Source: Planctomycetota bacterium (GTDB lineage Bacteria; Planctomycetota; GCA-002687715; CAIWVZ01). From it: DNA of 64,000 bases. The position numbers and the translations under genes were made by a program. Shown one piece after another: positions 45,825 through 55,076 of this stretch; position 1 is the stretch's first letter, and each line of letters begins with the position of its first letter. A model generated the notes under the pieces. It did no database searches, was not told the DNA's origin, and was given only the letters and a program-made list of their open reading frames with translations. Location of the stretch: NCBI GenBank assembly GCA_044222185.1, contig JBGANV010000007.1, positions 1 to 64,000 of the forward strand, written 5' to 3'.

Positions 45825-48431
45825 TCACTGCACGGAAATCCGGGCGACGCGGCTCCAGCAGCCCAACGTGCCGCCCGTCCAGTCGAAGCACACGGCGTCG
45901 AGCGAGAGTCCGGGTGGCAGCAGAATCCCACCGAAGGTCCGCGCGCCCACCGGTGAAAGGAAGTGGATCGGGACCGCTCCGACGGGAAGGCTGAATTGAA
46001 ACAGGAGCAACGATGGATCGGGCGCACACAGCCCGAGGTACGGGCCCCCGCCGGGAAGTCCACCGCAAGGCGTGTCGCTGAAGATGTTGTAGTACTCGTG
46101 CGACTTCACCAGCGACGTGTTCTGCACCGTGACCGGCCCGCCAGGGCTCCCTTGCGTCATGCTGATCGTCGGCCGGAGGGGACCCCACTTGGCGATCCCT
46201 CTCGATGGCACTCCACCGACACCTCCGAACGTCCCGCCGACGAACAACGCCGACCCGGATCCGTCATCGTGTGCGACCAACGCCTGGCCGCCGACGCTCG
46301 ACGTGTTCTGGAAGGTGCCTCCGAGCGGAGTCCAGATTCCGGGCCCCAGCATCTTCAGGACGCCGGTCGCAGAAGTCGCAAACAGCGCCGGACCACTTCC
46401 ATCGTCCCAGATCGTCAACGCGGCGACGGAGGTCGGAGACGCGGGACCAACCGACGACCACGACGTTCCATTCCACTTCATGACCCCCGTCGCGGATGAG
46501 CCGTTGAGGCTCCCGATCGCGCCACCGAGGAAGAGAGCCGGGCCGCTGCCGTCGTCGAAGATGCGGAGCGCGCTCCTCGCGTTCGAAACGCCACCCGTGG
46601 TCGCGATCACCTGCCACGACGTCCCGACGCGCTCGAATACCGAATTCGGGGTCGTGATGCCGCCGCCCCAAGGCCGCACGACTCCGAACAGTCGTGGACC
46701 GGTGCCGATGTCGCCGAACGCAAGCGCCTTCACCTCGATCCCGGTAGGCGCGCCCAGGTCCGACCACGCCGTACCGTTCCAAGCCGCCATCGAGTTGGCG
46801 GGTACGCCGCCCGCCGACGTGAAGATGCCGCCGACCACGAGCTTCGGACCACTGCCGTCGTTCATGACGGTGAAGGCGTGCGCCACTGGGAGTGGCGGCA
46901 ACGGGAGCGGCGGGCCGCCGGTGAGGCCTCCGAGCACGCTACCCCACGACGATCCGTTCCACCGCGCGACGGTTCCGGGCACTCCACCGCCGGCGTAGAG
47001 CTCTGGGCCGTTGCCGGAATCGAAGATCGCGAGCGCCTCCACGGATCCCAACGCTGCCGATCCAAGCGGCAACCACTGGCCGTTCAGGAACGCCGCGACG
47101 CCGCTCGCCGCGACGCCGCCGATGCGAAGGAACGAGCCGCCGGCGAACAGTGCATGCGCGCCCAAGAGGTCACCGGATACGAGAGCCGACAGCGATCCCG
47201 TCGGCGCGACGCCGTTCCCGGGAAGGGAAGACCAGGCCGTTCCGTCCCAACGCAAGATTTCAGAATGCGTCGTGCTGCCGGGCGTGGACATGGCCGCATG
47301 GAGCGCGGGCCCCGTCCCATCATCGAAGACCAGGCCGCTGTAGCCCTGCGCCGCGCCGAACCCCGAGCCGGCCGGCGACCACGCTCCACCGCGATACCGG
47401 GCCACGCCGCCCGTCGACGTTCCGCCCGCCGAGGTCACCTGCCCGAATGCGAACAACGCGGACCCGCCTCCGTCATCCCACGCGGTGAGCGCCGACAACC
47501 CCGTGGAACCCAGACCCGAGCCGGGCGTCGACCACGCGGAACCATTCCACTTCGCGATGTGGTTCGCCGGCATCCCTCCGGCCACGCTGAAGAATCCTCC
47601 GACGAACAGCGCAGGGCCGAAACCATCGTCGTAGACGACGGCATCTCGAGCGACGGACGACGGTCCCGAGATGCCCGCTCCCAAGGCGGTCCATGCCGTC
47701 CCGTTCCACCGTGCCACGTTCGATGCGATTCCCATCCCCGTGAAGGTGAATCTTCCGACGGCATAGAGACCCGGGCCCGAGCCATTGGTCCAGGATCGAA
47801 GCGCATGGATGTCGCCGAAGGCTCCCTGTCCCACGTCCACCCACGCCGTGCCGGTCCATCGTGCGAGGCTGTTGAGCACCACGGAGCCGGACGCGCCGAA
47901 CGTGCCACCGGCATGGAGCGCCGGACCCGCTCCGTCATCGAAGACGCACAGCGTGCGCACCGCGCCATTCAACCCGGCTCCGACCGGCGCCCAGTTCGTT
48001 CCGTTCCACCGTCCGATGTTCGCGAGCGCAATCCCGTTCGTCGTGCTGAAGGCCCCCGAGAACCCGACGTAGAGCGCCGGTCCCGATCCGTCGTCGAACG
48101 CCGCGAGCGCGAGCGGCACCGGAGGCATCGTTCCGGATTGCCACGTGGGGAGAAACGGCACGGCGGACCACGCAACCCCGTTCCATTGCATCAAGCTGCC
48201 GTGGTCCGAAGCGGCGTTGGCGCCAGCGAAGAGCCGCGGTCCCGATCCATCGTCGAAGGTGCCCAGTGCCCCGGAGAATCCGGATGGCTGGAGATAGGGC
48301 GATCCGAATCCCTCGGACCACCCGGCGACGCACTGCGCCACGGCCGCCGAACCGGTGAAAAGCAAAATGCCCGCGAAGACGGCGTGAGTCACGAACTTTG
48401 AGCTGGGCAATGGCGAGCTCGATCTGGTCAT
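45825..48431 (-). CDS. Secreted beta-propeller-like repeat protein (DDGxGPxL repeats) with type-2 C-terminal domain
   Basis: Signal peptide ending SAAVA-Q. More than ten repeats of (F/W)DDGxGPAL(Y/F)xGG.F..AGG....IA.WNG..WS. Tail GGGPYLGL..LPPGLSLDA. Confidence 0.88.
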   Translation of the reverse strand: MTRSSSPLPSSKFVTHAVFAGILLFTGSAAVAQCVAGWSEGFGSPYLQPSGFSGALGTFDDGSGPRLFAGANAASDHGSLMQWNGVAWSAVPFLPTWQSGTMPPVPLALAAFDDGSGPALYVGFSGAFSTTNGIALANIGRWNGTNWAPVGAGLNGAVRTLCVFDDGAGPALHAGGTFGASGSVVLNSLARWTGTAWVDVGQGAFGDIHALRSWTNGSGPGLYAVGRFTFTGMGIASNVARWNGTAWTALGAGISGPSSVARDAVVYDDGFGPALFVGGFFSVAGGMPANHIAKWNGSAWSTPGSGLGSTGLSALTAWDDGGGSALFAFGQVTSAGGTSTGGVARYRGGAWSPAGSGFGAAQGYSGLVFDDGTGPALHAAMSTPGSTTHSEILRWDGTAWSSLPGNGVAPTGSLSALVSGDLLGAHALFAGGSFLRIGGVAASGVAAFLNGQWLPLGSAALGSVEALAIFDSGNGPELYAGGGVPGTVARWNGSSWGSVLGGLTGGPPLPLPPLPVAHAFTVMNDGSGPKLVVGGIFTSAGGVPANSMAAWNGTAWSDLGAPTGIEVKALAFGDIGTGPRLFGVVRPWGGGITTPNSVFERVGTSWQVIATTGGVSNARSALRIFDDGSGPALFLGGAIGSLNGSSATGVMKWNGTSWSSVGPASPTSVAALTIWDDGSGPALFATSATGVLKMLGPGIWTPLGGTFQNTSSVGGQALVAHDDGSGSALFVGGTFGGVGGVPSRGIAKWGPLRPTISMTQGSPGGPVTVQNTSLVKSHEYYNIFSDTPCGGLPGGGPYLGLCAPDPSLLLFQFSLPVGAVPIHFLSPVGARTFGGILLPPGLSLDAVCFDWTGGTLGCWSRVARISVQ

Positions 48432-48601
48432 GCGACGATCCTCGGGAGTCTTGTCCCCGACGGTGGTGGTGAGGCTATCCTCATGATCATGGCGTGTCCA
48501 CGCGCTCGCGTCGCTGAAAGCCTGCAATTCACGGGAACTTCGTGCGCAGGCCGAGACGTCGATGCGCGAGCGCCAAAGCGATTTCGGCCGAGGTCTCTCC
48601 G

Positions 48602-51151
48602 ATGAATGACGTCCGCGCGATCGTCTTCGCCTGCGGTTTTGCTGCCCTCGCCTGCCAGTTTTCCGCCGGGCAGGGCGTGCCGCTGTTCGAGCCTCGCGTG
48701 ATCTCGCTGCAGGTCTCGATTCCGGGCTCCGCGATCGTGAATCCAACGCACGGCATGCTGGTCGATCTCGACGGAGACGGCGACGCGGACTTCGTCACGT
48801 TCGACGTGCAGGGGTACGTCGTCGTCTGCCTCGCCAGCAACGGGACCCTCGGGCCCGCCGCGGCGTATCCCATCGGTCAGAGCGTCGCGTGTGCGACGGC
48901 CGGCGACATCGATGGTGACGGGGACGTCGACCTGGTCATCGTCGGAACCTACGTGTCCTCGGCGCTGTGGGTGTATCGCAACGACGGGGCTGGCGGATTC
49001 GGCGCTCCTCCACTCATTCAACTCCTTCCCGCCGGGAGGTCGTACTGGACCGTGACGATCGCGCGGATGAACGCCGACGCGATACCGGATCTCTTCACGA
49101 GCGGCGGAGCGACTCCCTCGACGGTGCTCATCGGAAGCGGGAACGGGACGTTCACGGCGACGACCGGGCCGATCTTGCCGTCGTTGCTGTTCGACGTCGC
49201 AGACGACGACGGAGACGGTGACGACGACATTCACGTGATTTCAGTGCCCAACGTCGTCACCTACCGCAACACCGGGCAAGGCAGCTTCGCGCCGCCGATT
49301 CCCCGGTTTCCCGTGGCGTCCAGCGCGACCAATGTCTGGGTGAGGGACATCGACCTGGACACGAATCGCGACTTCGTCGTCTTCTCGTCATCGGGCGGCG
49401 GCTCGACGTCCATGCAGGTCGCTCTCGGAAACGGGTCGGGGTCCTACTCCGTTGGCGCTCCGCAAATCGTCGCGACGACGCTCTGCACGAACCCGATACT
49501 CACGGACGCCGATGGTGACGGCGACCTCGATCTCTTCGTGGTCACGCAGTCCGGGAGCCTCGGGCTCGCACGGAACGCGGGCGCCGCAACGTTCAGTCCG
49601 GTGTCGGTCTTCGACCCGTCGCTCGGCACCACGGTGTTGACCGGCGACTTGGACGGCGACGGCGTCAGCGACGTACTTCAGCTCTACACGAGCTTTGCGA
49701 CGCTCCGCAGAGGCGTCGCGCCGAATGCCGTCCAGCCGTTGATCGAGGTGCCCATCGGGTCCACGTTCGGTTTCGGCCTCCTCCTCACCGACCTGAACTC
49801 CGACGGCTTGCCGGACCTGGTCGTGAGCGCCTTCTCGGGACTCACGCTGCTGATGGGGCTCGAGCAGTCGCCGACGCCGCAGTTCATCTCCGGGTCCGCT
49901 CCGTCGTCGCCGGGCATCGTGGCGGCGGACTTCAATCGCGACGGATTCCTCGACGTGATGTCGCTCACTTCGCTCGGCACGCTCGAACTCAGGCTCGGCG
50001 ACGGGCAGGGAGGCCTGGCGCCGCCGTCCGTCGTCTCCGTGGGTGCTGGCGGGCGGACCGTCGTTGCGGCGGACGTGAACGGCGACGGCAATCCGGACGC
50101 CGTCGTGCTCTTCACTGGTTCCCTCGCGGTGCGGCTCGGTGATGGGGCTGGGGGCTTCGGTGCGCCGATCGTGACCCCGTCTCCCGTCACGTCGGCCACC
50201 AGCAGCGTGGGCGACGAGCGGCTGTTCCTCGCGGACCTGAACGGCGATGGCTTCCTCGATGCCGTGGTCTACCCAGGAGCCGCGGCCTCGACCCCCGGCT
50301 TCGGCATCCTGTTGGGGAATGGCACCGGAGCGTTCCCGTCCTCGTCGGTCCTGCCCGGCTCCGCTTCGGGACGATGGCCAGCACTCCACGACGTCAACGA
50401 TGATGGTGTTCCCGACCTGCTGTTCACGATCGTCTCGACGAGCCAGTTCGCCGTGAGGTTCGGTGTCGGTGACGGCACGTTCCTCCCGTTCGTGCTGACG
50501 CCGATCGCGGGCCCGGGCGACATCGCCGTGGCCGATTTCGACGGCGATGGATTCCCGGACGTGATGACGAGCACGGGTTGGCTGATCCGCAACGATGGAA
50601 CAGGCGCGTTTCCACAGACGGAGAGGATCGGCCCGATCTCCGGAACTCTTCGGACGGCGGACGTCAATGCGGACCTTCAGGTCGATGCCGTATTCGTTCA
50701 CTCGAGCTCCCAGTCCGCCTCGGTGTCGATTCTGCACGACCTTCGACGCTGCCCGTGCACCGGGTTTCGATATGGGATTGGTTGCCCCGGCGCGGCGGGG
50801 GTCGTGCCGGCACTTTCCGCTCGCGGATGCGCGTCGCCGGGCGCGACGCTTTCGCTCGACGTTCGCGGCGGACTCGGCGGAGCATCCGGAGGACTGGTGA
50901 TCGATCAAGCCGCCGTGAATACGCCCGTGGGCTACGGCTGTGCGGCGTTGGTTCCCTTCAGCATGCCGACGGTTCTTCCTTTCGTTCTCGGCGGCCCGCC
51001 GGTCGCAGGCCTCGGACGGACGACGTTCAGCGTGACGCTCCCGCCGACGTTTCCGACGGGAGTGACGGCGGCACTGCAGGCCGTCGTCTTCGATGCGGCG
51101 TCACCGCTTCAGGTGTCGGCGACGAACGGGGTCTCACTGGTCATCCGGTAG
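48602..51151 (+). CDS. Secreted FG-GAP/VCBS repeat protein with shared C-terminal domain
   Basis: Many DxDGDGxxD motifs with LGxGxG.F linkers. Tail YGIGCPG...P.L...GC..LPP...LQAVVFD...ATNGVSLVIR. Confidence 0.9.
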   Translation: MNDVRAIVFACGFAALACQFSAGQGVPLFEPRVISLQVSIPGSAIVNPTHGMLVDLDGDGDADFVTFDVQGYVVVCLASNGTLGPAAAYPIGQSVACATAGDIDGDGDVDLVIVGTYVSSALWVYRNDGAGGFGAPPLIQLLPAGRSYWTVTIARMNADAIPDLFTSGGATPSTVLIGSGNGTFTATTGPILPSLLFDVADDDGDGDDDIHVISVPNVVTYRNTGQGSFAPPIPRFPVASSATNVWVRDIDLDTNRDFVVFSSSGGGSTSMQVALGNGSGSYSVGAPQIVATTLCTNPILTDADGDGDLDLFVVTQSGSLGLARNAGAATFSPVSVFDPSLGTTVLTGDLDGDGVSDVLQLYTSFATLRRGVAPNAVQPLIEVPIGSTFGFGLLLTDLNSDGLPDLVVSAFSGLTLLMGLEQSPTPQFISGSAPSSPGIVAADFNRDGFLDVMSLTSLGTLELRLGDGQGGLAPPSVVSVGAGGRTVVAADVNGDGNPDAVVLFTGSLAVRLGDGAGGFGAPIVTPSPVTSATSSVGDERLFLADLNGDGFLDAVVYPGAAASTPGFGILLGNGTGAFPSSSVLPGSASGRWPALHDVNDDGVPDLLFTIVSTSQFAVRFGVGDGTFLPFVLTPIAGPGDIAVADFDGDGFPDVMTSTGWLIRNDGTGAFPQTERIGPISGTLRTADVNADLQVDAVFVHSSSQSASVSILHDLRRCPCTGFRYGIGCPGAAGVVPALSARGCASPGATLSLDVRGGLGGASGGLVIDQAAVNTPVGYGCAALVPFSMPTVLPFVLGGPPVAGLGRTTFSVTLPPTFPTGVTAALQAVVFDAASPLQVSATNGVSLVIR

Positions 51152-51163
51152 GGCCTCGTGCCG

Positions 51164-51290
51164 CAGAGCGCCGCGTTCACCGCCGTCTCGGTGGGGACCG
51201 GCCGGATCGCTGCGCTTCCCGCGCGTCCCGCGCGGTCCGGCGGGCGTGGAGTGGGGGCCGGTTCGAGATGACTGCGGCGCGCGCGACGAT
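51164..51290. repeat. Dispersed copy of the second repeat family
   Basis: CAGAGCGCCGCGTTCACCGCCGTCTCGGTGGGGACCGGCCGGATCGC..CGCGCGGTCCGGCGGGCGTGG..GGGGGCCGGTTCGAGATGACTG matches 45383-45500 in the same orientation. Confidence 0.75.
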
Positions 51291-51381
51291 CCCGCAACCC
51301 GCCGCGCCGCGCGATCGGCCCCACCATTGGTCCCCGCTGCCCCCCGGTTCGAATCGCGCGCCGCTTTCGTGCGCGGGCTGG

Positions 51382-54354
51382 TCAGTCCGGCAAGCGCGCC
51401 CGCGCCTCCCGAATGCGTTGGAACAACCGATCCCACTTTGCCGCCTCGTCGGCGGGCATGCCGTCGCGGAACGCGGCGTCGCGAACGAATCGAAGCGGCG
51501 CGCCGCGAAGCCACCAGTCGAGCAGATCGACGGTGCCGGTTCGGCGGCTCTCGGCCGCCGTCGGGTTGGCGACGGTCCAGTCGAACGACTGCTCGAGCCA
51601 ACGCATCGCCTCCGCACGCAACTCGGGCCGGTTCTGCTTGCGCGACAGCGCCAGGGCCGCGTGGATTGCGGTCCACAACTTCGCTGGATCCGGCTTCGAC
51701 TCGGAGCGCTCGATGACGAGGCGTGCGGCGAGCAGGGACGTCTCCGGATCGTTGCGGTCGCAGTAGTACTGCGCCAGGTCGCCGAGCGTCTCCGTGTCCG
51801 GCACTTCGTCCGGGTCGGAAATCGACCGGATGGGGATCGACGCCAGCCGTCGCTCGTGGGCGCGCAGCTGAACGATCGCCTTGTCGGTCAGCGGGAGCTT
51901 CGCCAGCTCCGCGGGCGTGGCAAGAGCGCGGAAGCGCTCGTAGGCGTCCGCGGCGCCCTTGTAGCGGTGGCGCAGCGAGAGCGCCTGGCCGTAGGCGAGC
52001 CATCCGAACGATGACGTCGGCGCATCGCGCACGACACCGCCCAGGAATGCGATCGCCTCATCCAAGACCCCGCGCGCGGTCAGAAGTCGCCCGAGCCCGA
52101 TTCGACCTTCGATCAGACGCGGCGCGGTGTTCAGCAGGCCACGGAAGATCCGCTCCGCTCGACGTGGATCCGAGCCAGCGCTGAGGATCGTCGCGAGGTT
52201 GCAGAGGGTCTCGGGAATCGACGACCCGAGTGAAACGGCGCGCTCGTATTCCGCGACCGCTTCGGGATAGCGCTCCTGCTCGTGCAGGCACAGCCCGAGG
52301 AAGTGCGCCACCATCAGGTTGGTCGGATGTGCGACCTTCAGTCGCCGGAGCAGGGCTTCGCCTTCCTCCACGTGTCCCGCGCGCCGCAAGCACGTGGCGA
52401 CGACGCAGAGCATGTGTGGATCGCCGGGTACCAGCGCCGCGCCCGCGGAGGCGCAGCGCGCGGCTTCGGCGAAATCCTCGGGGCGCCCCCGCATCTCGAG
52501 CGCGCGCTCGAGCGTCATTTGTGCGTCGGGTGAGCCCGGGTGCGCTTCCTGGATCCGCCGCGAGACGTCGATGACGTCGCCGACCGGGGCCGTCTGCAAG
52601 AGCCACTCGCAGTGAAACGCGAGGGCCTGCGGCTCGAGCCGGCTGAGTTCCGCGGAGCGCAGCGCGGTGAGAAGCTCGTCGGGCTTGCCGGACAACCGGA
52701 GCTCGATCCAGCGCTTCGGTTCGGGTCGGTCCTCCGCGTCCCTCGCGATCTCGAAAAGCCGCCGGGCCGATGAGTCGGGTCCGAGGGCGGCCTCCGAGGC
52801 TCGCGCGTAGTCGAGGAGCGCGCGGACGAGCCGCCGCCTGATGCGCGATGTCTGCAGCCGGCCGCGGATCGATTCCGCATCGCCCGCCGTGATCGGCATG
52901 CCGTACGCCGCGAATGCCTCCTCGTACGCGCGCACGTCGGCGGGCCAGTCCCGGTAAGTGGGAGCCCAGGCCGAGATCGCATCCAGGCGCCGAACCATCG
53001 CGTCGTCGGCGGCGAGGGTCGCGGCCTCCTTCTCGGCGCGTGTCAGCCCGGCGAGCGCCGCGGCGCGCACCTTCGTCGCGTGCGCGATGACGTCCGCGAC
53101 CGACGCCGCCTCCGCACGCTCTGCGGCGATGCCTGCGAGCGTGCGGGCCTCGCGCCACGGGCCCACGTCCTGCAGCGGCCCGCCCTCCGCTTTGGCGACT
53201 GCGACTTCGGCAGCCGTGATGGCGGTGATCGCTTCGGCGTCCAGCGTCTTCTGTCGAGTGGCCCGCTCGTCCGCAGCCTGCAACATCACCAATCCGATCA
53301 GGACGGCTGCGAGGAGGCACACGAGCACGACGGCAACGACGAGCCTCCGCCGGCGGCGGTCGGCGTCGAGGCGGGCACTGGCGAGCGCGGCGAGTTCCCG
53401 GGCTTCGGCCGCACGCTGCTCCTGCCGCGCAGACCACGAGACGATCTCCTCGGCGACGACCGCCGCGGACGATGGCCGAGCCTTCGGATCCGTCGCCAGG
53501 CATAGGACGATGAGGTTGGCGAGACCGGGATCGCACCCGCCGGTGGCCAGCGCGTTCCGGATGGCATCCGTCTCGACGGGCCGGTCCGGTGCGAAGAGCT
53601 CGAACAACATGGCCCCGATCGCATAGACGTCCGCTTGCGGTCCCACCTCGGCGGATCGGCCCGCCTCCTGTTCGGGGGACATGTACGCCGGCGTTCCCAG
53701 GATCGCGCCCGTGTGCGTCATGCCTGGCGCGGCGGCTGATGGCGGAGCCGCCGCGTGAGTCGAGTCGATCGGGAGGTCATCCGCGCCCTGCCGCGCGAGC
53801 CCGAAGTCCATCACGAGCACTTCACCGAATTGCCCCAGCATCACGTTCGACGGCTTCAGGTCGCGGTGAATGACGGACACCGCGTGTGCCGCGGCAACGG
53901 CTTGCGCCACGCGCTCGATCACGGAGACGAGCTTGCGGCGTTCATTGGGATCGTCACCGAGTTCCAGCAACCGCTGTTTGAGCGTGCGACCGTGGACCAG
54001 CCGCATGGCGATGTAGGGGCGCCCGTCCGCCGTGACGCCGCGATCGTAGATGGGCACGACTCCCGGGTGCACGACGCGCGCGGCGAGGCGCGCCTCGCTG
54101 ATGAACCGGCGGATCTGGGCCGCGGTACCCCCGTGATCGGCGCGCAGGAACTTCACCGCGACCTCGCGTTCGAGCAACCGATCGGTGGCGCGGTGGACGA
54201 CGCCCATGCCACCCTCGCCGATGACTTCGTGGATCGCGTATCGCTCCTCGAATGCTGCGACGTCCGGCGGAGGTTCGTCGGGTTCGTGATCGCGGGCCGT
54301 GCTGCCCCGGAATGCGCGCCGCAACGCGTCGTCGAGCCGTCCGTCGTCGTTCAC
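51382..54354 (-). CDS. Ser/Thr protein kinase with TM and TPR repeats
   Basis: IGEGGMGVV, VAVK, HRDLKPSN, DFGLA, GTPAYMSPEQ, TPR-like helices. GTGA overlap with the sigma stop codon. Confidence 0.93.
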   Translation of the reverse strand: MNDDGRLDDALRRAFRGSTARDHEPDEPPPDVAAFEERYAIHEVIGEGGMGVVHRATDRLLEREVAVKFLRADHGGTAAQIRRFISEARLAARVVHPGVVPIYDRGVTADGRPYIAMRLVHGRTLKQRLLELGDDPNERRKLVSVIERVAQAVAAAHAVSVIHRDLKPSNVMLGQFGEVLVMDFGLARQGADDLPIDSTHAAAPPSAAAPGMTHTGAILGTPAYMSPEQEAGRSAEVGPQADVYAIGAMLFELFAPDRPVETDAIRNALATGGCDPGLANLIVLCLATDPKARPSSAAVVAEEIVSWSARQEQRAAEARELAALASARLDADRRRRRLVVAVVLVCLLAAVLIGLVMLQAADERATRQKTLDAEAITAITAAEVAVAKAEGGPLQDVGPWREARTLAGIAAERAEAASVADVIAHATKVRAAALAGLTRAEKEAATLAADDAMVRRLDAISAWAPTYRDWPADVRAYEEAFAAYGMPITAGDAESIRGRLQTSRIRRRLVRALLDYARASEAALGPDSSARRLFEIARDAEDRPEPKRWIELRLSGKPDELLTALRSAELSRLEPQALAFHCEWLLQTAPVGDVIDVSRRIQEAHPGSPDAQMTLERALEMRGRPEDFAEAARCASAGAALVPGDPHMLCVVATCLRRAGHVEEGEALLRRLKVAHPTNLMVAHFLGLCLHEQERYPEAVAEYERAVSLGSSIPETLCNLATILSAGSDPRRAERIFRGLLNTAPRLIEGRIGLGRLLTARGVLDEAIAFLGGVVRDAPTSSFGWLAYGQALSLRHRYKGAADAYERFRALATPAELAKLPLTDKAIVQLRAHERRLASIPIRSISDPDEVPDTETLGDLAQYYCDRNDPETSLLAARLVIERSESKPDPAKLWTAIHAALALSRKQNRPELRAEAMRWLEQSFDWTVANPTAAESRRTGTVDLLDWWLRGAPLRFVRDAAFRDGMPADEAAKWDRLFQRIREARARLPD

Positions 54355-55037
54355 CCGAGCAGCTCCAGCAGCGTCCGGCATTCGGTGTCGACGTCCGCGT
54401 CGCTTCCTGGCTCGTGGAACGCCACCGTCTCCCGAAGAGCCTCGGTGAATTCCTTGCGGGCGAGCGCGTACTCACGGTGCGCACGTTCGACGGAGATTCC
54501 GAGCCGCGGCGCGATGTCGCGAATCGGCAGCGAGTCGTCGAACCGCAGGCGCAGGATCTCGACGCGCGCCAAGGCGTCGCGACCGAGGAGTCGCGCGCGT
54601 TCGCGCATGCGCTCGGCGGCTTCCTCGACGACGCTTCCAGCCCAGGCCTTCGTGAACGCCTCGTCCGCGCCCGTCGCGACCCCTCCCACGCCGCCATCGA
54701 TGTGCGATGGGGTCAGTTCGACGGCGCCCCTTCGCCGCTCTTCGATGCGCGACGCCACGTTGCGCGTGACGCCGTGAAGGAACGCGCGAAAGCTGCCCGG
54801 CCTGCGCTGTTCGACGCGCTCGATGGCGCCGCCAGGCTTCAGGCACTCGAGGAACACCTCCTGCACGGCGTCGTCGATCTCGTTCTGCATCGGCGGAGCG
54901 GTCCAGCGGGCGCGGACGTAGGCGCGTACAACGGGCAGATACCGCGTGACGAACCGCTCACGATCCGCCGCGCTGCCGAGGGCGGCGGCGCGGACGTCGG
55001 TCCAGCACGTGGAGGCGAACTCGCGATCGGACGACAT
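54351..55037 (-). CDS. ECF sigma factor translationally coupled to a kinase
   Basis: STCWTDV, FVTRYLPVV, DDAVQEVF, GSFRAFL.GV.RNV, F..AWA..V..A. Confidence 0.88.
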   Translation of the reverse strand: MSSDREFASTCWTDVRAAALGSAADRERFVTRYLPVVRAYVRARWTAPPMQNEIDDAVQEVFLECLKPGGAIERVEQRRPGSFRAFLHGVTRNVASRIEERRRGAVELTPSHIDGGVGGVATGADEAFTKAWAGSVVEEAAERMRERARLLGRDALARVEILRLRFDDSLPIRDIAPRLGISVERAHREYALARKEFTEALRETVAFHEPGSDADVDTECRTLLELLG

Positions 55038-55076
55038 GGGGACCGCATCATATCGACGCGGTCCACGACGACCCCC

